DNA of 32,000 nt, from NCBI GenBank assembly GCA_963820505.1, contig CAWFZY010000005.1, positions 418,046 through 450,045 of the forward strand. The letters are read 5' to 3'. The position numbers and the translations under genes are program-made. The stretch comes from an uncultured Nitrososphaerota archaeon. GTDB lineage: Archaea; Thermoproteota; Nitrososphaeria; Nitrososphaerales; Gagatemarchaeaceae. Of the stretch, positions 8,185 through 14,715 are shown piece after piece (position 1 is the first letter of the stretch; each line of letters starts with the position of its first letter). The notes below the pieces were generated by a model. That model had not been told where the DNA came from. It ran no database searches and was given only the letters and a program-made list of their open reading frames with translations.

Positions 8185-8224
8185 GCTTCACTGGAACAAA
8201 GATTGAGGAGAGTTCAGCCAGAAC

Positions 8225-8491
8225 TCATCGCTTCGGGCCATCATGCCGAAGCTCAAAGCGGGAACTCCGGGTTGGATCGCTGGGTTTTGGACTGCTAAGA
8301 TTCGACCACGATCGGCCCGTCAAGACGCGTGCTACGACCACTATGACTAGCACAATAACTGTGAGTCCGACGATCAAGACGATTCTTTGGGTAGGGATCA
8401 ATTCGTGCGACCAACTCAAAAGCTGACCTTGCGAATAGATAAACTTGATTTCGGTCAGGGATTTTCTCCGAAGTGACTCCTCCCTGTCCAT
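8225..8491 (-). CDS. hypothetical small membrane protein downstream of marR
   Basis: 88-aa ORF with one strong TM helix (IVLIVGLTVIVLVIVVVA). It starts 17 nt after the marR stop on the same strand. Confidence 0.3.
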   Translation of the reverse strand: MDREESLRRKSLTEIKFIYSQGQLLSWSHELIPTQRIVLIVGLTVIVLVIVVVARVLTGRSWSNLSSPKPSDPTRSSRFELRHDGPKR

Positions 8492-8508
8492 TTACCGAAG
8501 TGCCCAAA

Positions 8509-8973
8509 CTACGACTGGCGCTCGACGACTGTGCGAGACATTTCTCTTTGGAATCTTTCGAGGAGGCTGTACAGGGTCGTCAATTCGTCCTTTGTGAACG
8601 TCGTAAGGGCCTTCTGCAGCATTTCGGCCTTTTTTATCGCAACCCGCTCGTACAGAGCTTTTCCCTCGAAGGTGATCTCGATGATGGTCGCTCTCCTGTC
8701 TCCCTTGCCAGGTGTCCTCCTGACTAGGCTCTTTTCTTCCAGCCGGTCCATTATGCCCGTGACATTGGCAGGAGTTACGAGCATCTCATCGCTCATCTTC
8801 CTCATCAGCATGGGCCCGTTGTCCACGAGCAGCAGGAGCGCCAGGAACTGAGGGTCCGTTATTCCCTCGTCTGAGAACAGTCTCAGTGCGACGTGTCTCA
8901 CGACTTTGGATGTCGCAATGATTGCGTTGTAGGCCTTTTGGTCCGCTTCGGCCTTTTCTGTTCGCGTGGGCAC
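8509..8973 (-). CDS. MarR-family transcriptional regulator
   Basis: ...GITDPQFLALLLLVDNGPMLMRKMSDEMLVTPANVTGIMDRLEEKSLVRRTPGKGDRRATIIEIT.EGKALYE is the canonical MarR winged helix. Confidence 0.85.
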   Translation of the reverse strand: MPTRTEKAEADQKAYNAIIATSKVVRHVALRLFSDEGITDPQFLALLLLVDNGPMLMRKMSDEMLVTPANVTGIMDRLEEKSLVRRTPGKGDRRATIIEITFEGKALYERVAIKKAEMLQKALTTFTKDELTTLYSLLERFQREMSRTVVERQS

Positions 8974-8998
8974 AGCTAGCTGACGGTTGTTTTAGATA

Positions 8999-9070
8999 TA
9001 AATAGTTAAGCTCTCTGTAGTTTATGTATATACAGCTTTACTACTGATAGTCAAGTCTTAAATAGTTAAG
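8999..9070. promoter_or_regulatory. divergent marR/MDR promoter region with two perfect 12-nt direct repeats (TAAATAGTTAAG)
   Basis: TAAATAGTTAAG occurs at 8999..9010 and 9059..9070, exactly 60 nt apart. Each copy overlaps a TATA-like box positioned for one of the two divergent genes. The short inverted repeats CTGTA/TACAG and GTAGT/ACTAC lie between them. Confidence 0.35.
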
Positions 9071-9087
9071 ACATTAACCATTGTGCC

Positions 9088-9402
9088 ATGTCCGAACAAC
9101 AGGAGGAGATGCCAAAGGACGTGATGCGTGCCATAGCGATAGACCGCTTCGGTGGCCCCGAAGTCATTTCAGTAAGAAATATCCCCGTTCCTGAACCCGC
9201 AACGGATGAGATTCTAATCCGAGTCGAATCTGCGGGAATCGGACTTTGGGATATTGTCGAACGCGAGGGAAGGCTTGCCAAAATGCTCGGAATTCAACCG
9301 AAGTTCCCCTGGATACTCGGTTCAGAGGGGGCTGGCAGAATCATCGCGGTTGGAGACAAGGTTAGCGGGTTTCGAAATGGCGATGTATCCTACTTGACAT
9401 AA
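9088..9402 (+). pseudogene. N-terminal (GroES-like) fragment of a zinc-type/MDR alcohol dehydrogenase or quinone oxidoreductase, interrupted by IS630
   Basis: MRAIAIDRFGGPEVISVRNIPVPEPATDEILIRVESAGIGLWD...GSEGAGRIIAVGDKVSGFRNGD is the MDR catalytic-domain N-terminus. The reading frame enters the IS terminal repeat at 9386 and stops. No Rossmann-domain continuation exists downstream. Confidence 0.7.
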
Positions 9403-9407
9403 CTTCC

Positions 9408-9914
9408 TCAACCATACCGGTTCGTTAGGAGGAAGCTTACCATGTTCAGGTTGAACCTCTTCGTCCTCAGGTATTCGCCGATCTCTACAGAGAGCCTTCC
9501 GAGGGAGCTGTAGAACCTCAGCGTCAGCATGTCATTGTCCATCTGCCTCCAGCACTCTTCCATCACGTTGAAGGCGGGCGAGCCGACCGGGATCCACCTG
9601 ACCCTCAGGGTCGCCCTGTTCTTCCTCATGTACTCCCTGACGATCTTGGTCCTGTAGTGCTGCTTCGCCCTGTCGAGGAAGAGGTAGAGCCTCCCGTACT
9701 TCCTGTGGATCTGTTTGAGGAAGTCCAGGAAGTTCTCTCCGTTGAACGTGTCGTACTGCCTGAAGATCTTCCTTCCCTCCATGTCCATCGCACCGAAGAC
9801 CACCGTCCTGTCATGCGAGCCCGTCACCCTGCAGACCGGCCTCCTACCCTCGGGCGCCCATACCCTCGTGACTATCGCGTCCCTCACCACGAAGGACTCG
9901 TCCTCGGAGACCAC
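9408..9914 (-). CDS. IS630 transposase OrfB (DDE catalytic part)
   Basis: ...VVSEDESFVV...RVWAPEGRRP...VVFGAMD...LFLDRAKQHY...IPVGSPAFNVMEECW. The frame stays open upstream to the A7 run (..KNNARLLKNIPEGFAVV..), where it can be joined to OrfA by a -1 shift. Confidence 0.85.
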   Translation of the reverse strand: MVSEDESFVVRDAIVTRVWAPEGRRPVCRVTGSHDRTVVFGAMDMEGRKIFRQYDTFNGENFLDFLKQIHRKYGRLYLFLDRAKQHYRTKIVREYMRKNRATLRVRWIPVGSPAFNVMEECWRQMDNDMLTLRFYSSLGRLSVEIGEYLRTKRFNLNMVSFLLTNRYG

Positions 9915-9937
9915 CGCGAATCCTTCAGGGATGTTCT

Positions 9938-10435
9938 TCAGGAGTCTCGCGTTGTTTTTTTGAAGAGAGCCCTCTCCTCGTCAGAGGCCTCGTTGACGAA
10001 CCTCTTCTCAGGCATCACGCTCCTGAACCTCCAACCGTGCACTATCCGGTAGACCTGCCTCTCGCTGTAGGTCGTCCTCGATTCCTTGCGGATCATTTCC
10101 CTTACCTCCTCGATCCTGCAACCTCCCTTCCACCTCGAGACGTTCCTCCTCACTCTCGCCAGCGTCTCCTGAGGGACCTTCGTAGGCCTTCCGCTCCTTG
10201 GCCTTGTCCCAAGGCCGTCGAGCCCCTCCTCGTCGAAGCGCCTGAGCCAAATGGTGGCCCAAGACTTGTCCCTGCGAAGCTCCTCGGCTGCATGGGACTG
10301 CTTCATACCGTCGCACCTCACCTTCAGGACGAGGAGCATCCTCCTGCTGACATCGGCATCCTTCTCCTCGTTGTATGCCCTCTCGACATCCTCTCTCGCT
10401 ACTTGCGCTGTCACGAATCCATGACGAGTGGACAA
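9938..10435 (-). CDS. IS630 transposase OrfA (HTH / winged-helix DNA-binding part)
   Basis: ...GMKQSHAAEELRRDKSWATIWLRRFDEEGLDGLGTRPRSGRPTKV... is the typical IS630 N-terminal region. TTG start at 10435. Confidence 0.85.
   Translation of the reverse strand: MSTRHGFVTAQVAREDVERAYNEEKDADVSRRMLLVLKVRCDGMKQSHAAEELRRDKSWATIWLRRFDEEGLDGLGTRPRSGRPTKVPQETLARVRRNVSRWKGGCRIEEVREMIRKESRTTYSERQVYRIVHGWRFRSVMPEKRFVNEASDEERALFKKTTRDS
9955..9961 (-). promoter_or_regulatory. A7 slippery run: candidate programmed -1 ribosomal frameshift site joining OrfA and OrfB
   Basis: The minus strand reads CTC TTC AAA AAA ACA in the OrfA frame. A -1 slip gives ..FKK NNARLLKNIPEGF.., a continuous IS630 transposase. Confidence 0.5.
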
Positions 10436-10486
10436 GAAGATGAGCAGCGGAGTCGAATTATCTTGTCAAATCAGGTTGAAGGATTT

Positions 10487-11092
10487 ATGTCAAGTGGGAT
10501 AGCTTACGTCGTCGGAGTGAGCCTCGGTGACGGCTCAACCAGCAGCAACCGGAATCATAGCCACAAGATCAAGCTCAGGGTTATTGATAGCGAGTTTGCC
10601 GCGGAATTCGCAAGATGCCTTGGAGTGCTGCTGAGCAGGAGCCCGCCGCTGGTAAAATGGCGCGAGAAGACGCATTCGTGGTATACTGAGGTCTCTAGCT
10701 TATTGCTGAAGAATTATCTGCGCCTAGAATTGAAGGAGCTGGTTCCTACCATCTCGCATTGTGATGGTTGCAAAGCTGCGTTCCTCAGGGGATTCTTCGA
10801 CTCCGAAGGTAGCATCTCTTCCCGTACCCTCACGGCGTCTAACGAAAACTTGGAACTTTTGAAACTTGTTTGCGAACTCCTTCAATCACTCGGTGTCGAA
10901 ACCACAGGCACTCATCTGGCCACAAAAGGGGGTAGGACCGTAATGATAATGGGCAAGTTCTACAGGCAGAACGAAGACGGCCATTACCTGCGCGTGCGCG
11001 CCAAGTCTCTTGAGAAGTTCCAAGTAATAGTGGGTTTCTCGATCAGGCGGAAATCAGAGGCCCTCTCTCTAGCCTTAAGTAAAACAGCATGA
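10487..11092 (+). CDS. LAGLIDADG-family homing endonuclease-like protein (two-motif, single-chain type)
   Basis: Motif 1 is AYVVGVSLGDGS and motif 2 is AFLRGFFDSEGSI, about 100 aa apart. The first five codons (ATG TCA AGT GGG ATA) lie inside the IS630 terminal repeat, so the present start is IS-derived. The track ORF 10037..11092 upstream of 10487 is antisense to the IS. Confidence 0.8.
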   Translation: MSSGIAYVVGVSLGDGSTSSNRNHSHKIKLRVIDSEFAAEFARCLGVLLSRSPPLVKWREKTHSWYTEVSSLLLKNYLRLELKELVPTISHCDGCKAAFLRGFFDSEGSISSRTLTASNENLELLKLVCELLQSLGVETTGTHLATKGGRTVMIMGKFYRQNEDGHYLRVRAKSLEKFQVIVGFSIRRKSEALSLALSKTA

Positions 11093-11171
11093 TTTACGCT
11101 GCGCGCAAAGGGATAGGCGCAATTACCGGCGCAAATGACTAGAAGGGGACAAAATGAGGGATTGGTGGCAG

Positions 11172-11264
11172 AGGTAGGGGTGGGAATCGAACCCACATGA
11201 ATGCGCTGTCTGTCTCGTTGTCAACAAACTGCAGGCGCACGCGTAACCAATCCGCCACCCTACC
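11172..11264 (-). tRNA. tRNA-Cys (anticodon GCA) with a 21-nt intron at the canonical 37/38 position
   Basis: Hand-folded cloverleaf:
- Acceptor stem GGTAGGG/CCCTACC.
- D arm GCGG-ATTGGTT-ACGC.
- Anticodon stem TGCGC/GCGCA enclosing CTGCAG[21 nt]A.
- Variable loop TTCAT.
- T arm GTGGG-TTCGATT-CCCAC.
- Discriminator U73, the Cys identity element.
No encoded CCA. A TATA-like ATATTTA lies at 11295..11301 on the gene strand. Confidence 0.9.
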
Positions 11265-11345
11265 ACAATTTCAGGAATCGGTCCTACCCTCGAGTAAATA
11301 TGCGTTGGGAGGGCCCCCGCCAGCCCACCCATCGCCCTAACAAGA

Positions 11346-11356
11346 CTTATATGAAA
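11346..11356 (+). promoter_or_regulatory. TATA-like box (CTTATATGAAA) upstream of the oxidase operon
   Basis: About 30 nt upstream of the ATG at 11381, which implies a leaderless or very short-leader transcript. Confidence 0.35.
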
Positions 11357-11380
11357 TATTCATGATGGGCTCGTCGCTGC

Positions 11381-12052
11381 ATGCTGTTCTCGGTTCAATT
11401 GGATGCGACACCGCCGACAGTTCAGATATTCACGACGCTCCAAAACTACTACCTGTTCTTCGGAGGCGCGGCCGCGGTAATCGTCATCACCTTCATGGTC
11501 CTTCAAATCGTGAGGAACCGCGAGCGGCCGGGGAGGCAGGTCCCCGCCTTCCACCACGAGGAGGGCGATTGGGGGAACTGGAAGAATGTCGTCCTTCTCC
11601 TGTGCGTGACGGGATCGGTACTCGCCTTCGTCGAGTACCAGACTTTCGCTTCCGCCAACCTCGTCGCGATTCCGGACCCTCCCAACTCGCTGAGTATTGG
11701 CGTCGTGGGGCGGCAGTTCTCGTGGAGCTTCACGTACCCTAACGGTTACACCGACTACCAGAACATGACGGTCCCGCAGAACACGATAGTCATCCTGAAC
11801 ATCACGTCTGCGGACGTGACGCACGGGTTATACATTCCCGCTTTGGATGTCGCGAAGGACGCTCAGCCCGGAATCTACAGCCAGCTCTGGTTCAACGCGA
11901 CGCAGCCTGGCACATTCACGATCGAGTGCAGGCAACTCTGCGGCGTCGGTCACGCGCTGATGATCTCGAAGCTCGTGGTCGAGAGTTCCACCGAGTATAA
12001 CACGTGGTACTCAAAGCTTCCAGTGGCGCCACCAGCGAAGGGAGGGGCGTAG
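11381..12052 (+). CDS. coxB: heme-copper (cytochrome c/aa3-type) oxidase subunit II
   Basis: Two N-terminal TM helices and a cupredoxin domain with CuA ligands (DVTHGLYIP ... ECRQLCGVGHALM, i.e. C-x3-C-x3-H-x2-M). Confidence 0.9.
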   Translation: MLFSVQLDATPPTVQIFTTLQNYYLFFGGAAAVIVITFMVLQIVRNRERPGRQVPAFHHEEGDWGNWKNVVLLLCVTGSVLAFVEYQTFASANLVAIPDPPNSLSIGVVGRQFSWSFTYPNGYTDYQNMTVPQNTIVILNITSADVTHGLYIPALDVAKDAQPGIYSQLWFNATQPGTFTIECRQLCGVGHALMISKLVVESSTEYNTWYSKLPVAPPAKGGA

Positions 12053-12058
12053 CGAGAG

Positions 12059-13687
12059 ATGAACGCCTGGCTAAAGCGCTGGCTCTACACCACCAACCAC
12101 AAGGACGTGGGGCTCCTCTACATCGTCGGCTCGATGTACTTCGGGTTCATCGGGGCCGTCCTAATCCTTCTGGTGAGAGTAGAGCTCGCCATACCCGTCT
12201 GCGCCGCGGGAGTCAAGGGGATGTGCTGGCCGAGCACGGCGCAGACCTTCCTGAACGCCGCCTCGTTCAACCAGGCGGTCACGCTTCACGGCCTGATCAT
12301 GATACTCTGGTTCCTGTCCCCCCTCGCCATCGGCCTGGCAAACTACTTCCTGCCGCTGCAGATAGGCGCAGCCGACCTCGCGCTTCCCAGGGTTAACGCG
12401 CTCGGCTACTGGCTCTGGCTCTTCGGGGGAATCGTGGCCACGCTCGGGTTCTTCATGCCGGGCGGGAACACCGCCGGGGGCTGGACCGCGTACTCGCCGC
12501 TGTCGTCCTCCACCTTCAGCCCGGGCGCCGGGCCGACGCTCGCCTTCGCAGGCCTCATCATGCTCGCCACCTCAATCACGGTCGGCAGCATCAACATCCT
12601 GCTCACGGTTGCTGTCGAGCGTGGACAGGGGATCACGTGGCGCAAGATCCCCATGTTCAGCTGGTTCATGCTCTTCACGATAATCGCGATGCTCTTCTCG
12701 TTCCCCTCGCTCCTCGCGGCCTTGATCCTCCTCATCTCCGACAGGGTGCTAGGGACGATGTACTTCTCGGCCTCTGCAGGAGGCTCGATCCTCTGGGACG
12801 ACCTCTTCTGGTTCTTCGGGCACCCCGAGGTCTACGTGGTGCTCCTCCCAGCCTTCGGCCTGATCGCGGAGATCTTCCCGGTCTTCTCGGGAAGGCCGCT
12901 CGCGGAGAAGAACATCATTCTCATCTGCACCGGGGCCATCGTCATCCCGCTCAGCTACATGGTGTGGTCGCACCACATGTTCCTGACCGGCGTCACCCTC
13001 AGCGAGGACGAGGCCTTCAGCGTCGCGACGATCTTGATCTCGCTTCCGTTCGACGTGATAACGCTCGCCTTCATCAAGACGCTGACCAAGTCCACCATCC
13101 GCCTCACTGCGCCGATGATCTTCTGCATCGGTTCGATCTTCCTCTTCATCATCGGCGGAATCACCGGGGTGTTCCTGTCGTCGTTCGTCCTGGACGTCGT
13201 CTACAACAACACATACTTCGTCGTGGGCCACTTCCACTACGTAATGGTCGGGGCCGCCATCTTCGGCCTGATCGCCGGGCTGTATTACTACATCCCGAAG
13301 ATGACCGGGAAGATGTATCATGAGACGATGGCGAACTGGCACTTCATCATCTCGTTCATCGGGTTCAACGTCCTCTACTTCCCCATGTTCTTCCTCTACG
13401 ACATGCCCAGGAGGATCTACACCTACCAGTCTTTGCCGAGCTGGAACACGCTCAACCTGATCTCCACCGTCGGCGCCTTCATCTTCGCGGGCGCGCAGAT
13501 CCTGCTCCTCGCGAACATCATCTATGTCATGAGGAGCGGGAAGATCTCCCCTCCGAACCCTTGGGGCGCCACAACCCCCGAGTGGGTGCCGATCATCACG
13601 GGCGCCTCGCAAGGCGCCGCCTCCGCCTTGGGCTCGATGCCAGGAGGCGAGGCCGGCGAACACCACGGCCCGCCACCAGAGCTCTAG
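12059..13687 (+). CDS. coxA: heme-copper oxidase subunit I
   Basis: 542 aa and polytopic. Hallmark blocks WFFGHPEVYVVLLPAFG, HHMF, GGITGV, HFHYV and NPWGATTPEW. Confidence 0.92.
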   Translation: MNAWLKRWLYTTNHKDVGLLYIVGSMYFGFIGAVLILLVRVELAIPVCAAGVKGMCWPSTAQTFLNAASFNQAVTLHGLIMILWFLSPLAIGLANYFLPLQIGAADLALPRVNALGYWLWLFGGIVATLGFFMPGGNTAGGWTAYSPLSSSTFSPGAGPTLAFAGLIMLATSITVGSINILLTVAVERGQGITWRKIPMFSWFMLFTIIAMLFSFPSLLAALILLISDRVLGTMYFSASAGGSILWDDLFWFFGHPEVYVVLLPAFGLIAEIFPVFSGRPLAEKNIILICTGAIVIPLSYMVWSHHMFLTGVTLSEDEAFSVATILISLPFDVITLAFIKTLTKSTIRLTAPMIFCIGSIFLFIIGGITGVFLSSFVLDVVYNNTYFVVGHFHYVMVGAAIFGLIAGLYYYIPKMTGKMYHETMANWHFIISFIGFNVLYFPMFFLYDMPRRIYTYQSLPSWNTLNLISTVGAFIFAGAQILLLANIIYVMRSGKISPPNPWGATTPEWVPIITGASQGAASALGSMPGGEAGEHHGPPPEL

Positions 13688-13736
13688 GCCGATCTGGCTC
13701 GCCACGGGAATCGGCGTAAGCTTCCTGGGGCTAGCA

Positions 13737-14426
13737 TTGCTCGTCTACTCCTGGGGCATCGCCGTCTTCATCCTCGGCCTTGCCATCGACGGCTTCGCCA
13801 TAGTGGGATGGATGTACGAGGACCTGCACGAGAAGTTCCACATGCCGGAACAGGTCACGGAGAGATGGCCATTCAACGCGATCCCCAAGATGAGGCTCGG
13901 GATGTGGATCTTCCTCTCCACGGACGTCATAGTCTTCGGGGCGATACTCGGCGCCTACCTGTACATCCGCTCCTTCACGCCCGACTGGCCGATCCCAGGG
14001 AGCATCCACGAGATCCCGCTCGGGCTCGCCAACACGGTCATCCTGCTGACGAGCGGGCTGACCGCCTTCCTGGCTCTGGAATCCATCAAGGAGGGCAAAC
14101 AGAGAAACATGATAATGTGGCTGTCCGCGACCTTCGTCTTGGGGGCCACCTTCCTTGGAGTCAAGGGTGCGGAGTGGTACAACCTGTATTTCACAAAGGG
14201 TTTCACCTGGTACTCGAGCCTCGCCGGGAGCACCTACTACTTCACGGTCGGGCTCCACGCCGCCCACGTCACGGCGGGGCTCATCCTCATGGCGTACCTG
14301 ATTCGGAAGGGGATGAAGGGCGGGTACACCAAGGAGAACCACGCGGGCATCGAGAACTTCGCGCTCTACTGGGCCTTCGTCGACATCGTCTGGATCTTCG
14401 TCTTCCCGCTGTTCTACCTGCTATAG
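13737..14426 (+). CDS. coxC: heme-copper oxidase subunit III (possibly the C-terminal part of a subunit I+III fusion)
   Basis: ...FLSTDVIVFGAILGAYLY...GVKGAEWY...STYYFTVGLHAAHVTAGL...ALYWAFVDIVWIFVFPLFY. The same frame is open upstream to 13689 and encodes another TM segment (PIWLATGIGVSFLGLALL) with no start codon. See findings. Confidence 0.85.
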   Translation: MLVYSWGIAVFILGLAIDGFAIVGWMYEDLHEKFHMPEQVTERWPFNAIPKMRLGMWIFLSTDVIVFGAILGAYLYIRSFTPDWPIPGSIHEIPLGLANTVILLTSGLTAFLALESIKEGKQRNMIMWLSATFVLGATFLGVKGAEWYNLYFTKGFTWYSSLAGSTYYFTVGLHAAHVTAGLILMAYLIRKGMKGGYTKENHAGIENFALYWAFVDIVWIFVFPLFYLL

Positions 14427-14443
14427 CATGGAGATAGAGACAA

Positions 14444-14704
14444 TTGAATTACAAAACTCCGGTGGCGGTCTGGCTCTACATGGTCGTGACGACGGTCGCA
14501 GAAGTCGTCGTCTTCTACTCGGGGCCCGGGACCTTCTCGGTCGACATAGCGATAGGGGTCATCGCGATGATAAACAGCCTCGTGGCGGCGCTCTTCCTGA
14601 TGAACATCCGGAAGGAGCCTCCAGTCATCCAATACCTGATGCTGGCACCGCTAGCCCTCATCATGGTCCTCATCCTCACCATGCTCTTCGCCTTCGCCCA
14701 GTGA
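14444..14704 (+). CDS. small oxidase subunit (prokaryotic subunit IV-like), two TM helices
   Basis: 86-aa hydrophobic ORF immediately after subunit III. The call is based on position and topology; sequence similarity could not be verified by eye. Confidence 0.6.
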   Translation: MNYKTPVAVWLYMVVTTVAEVVVFYSGPGTFSVDIAIGVIAMINSLVAALFLMNIRKEPPVIQYLMLAPLALIMVLILTMLFAFAQ

Positions 14705-14715
14705 GTGAGAATAGA

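Larger units (their letters stand above)
9388..10499 (-). mobile_element. IS630-family (Tc1/mariner-like) insertion sequence, 1112 bp
   Basis: 26-nt imperfect terminal inverted repeats at 9388..9413 and 10474..10499 (22/26 matches), flanked by TA on both sides (9386-87 and 10500-01). TA is the IS630 target duplication. The element encodes HTH (OrfA) and DDE (OrfB) transposase parts. Confidence 0.85.

Noticed and set aside
10037-10486. Upstream 150 codons of track ORF 10037..11092.
   Set aside because: It is antisense to IS630 OrfA and Pro/Leu/Arg-rich. The LAGLIDADG homology begins only at about 10500.
9088-11092. Intein interpretation of the dehydrogenase::LAGLIDADG arrangement.
   Set aside because: There are no Hint-domain blocks (no N-terminal Cys/Ser block A, no TxxH block B, no terminal HN plus nucleophile), and no C-extein follows the endonuclease ORF.
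12749-13705. 318-aa minus-strand ORF. Similar long antisense ORFs occur at 11360..11824, 13731..14342, 16197..16856, 17846..18367, 18461..19495, 22746..23552, 23909..24565, 26063..26653 and 30555..31547.
   Set aside because: All lie antisense to genes with clear homology. They are Arg/Asp/Gly/Val/His-rich with no family resemblance. This is the expected stop-codon-poor artefact of high GC.
14428-14715. 5' part of track ORF 14428..15219 overlapping the subunit IV gene.
   Set aside because: It is out of frame with the hydrophobic subunit IV ORF and Arg/Gly-rich. The cupredoxin gene plausibly starts at the ATG at 14716.
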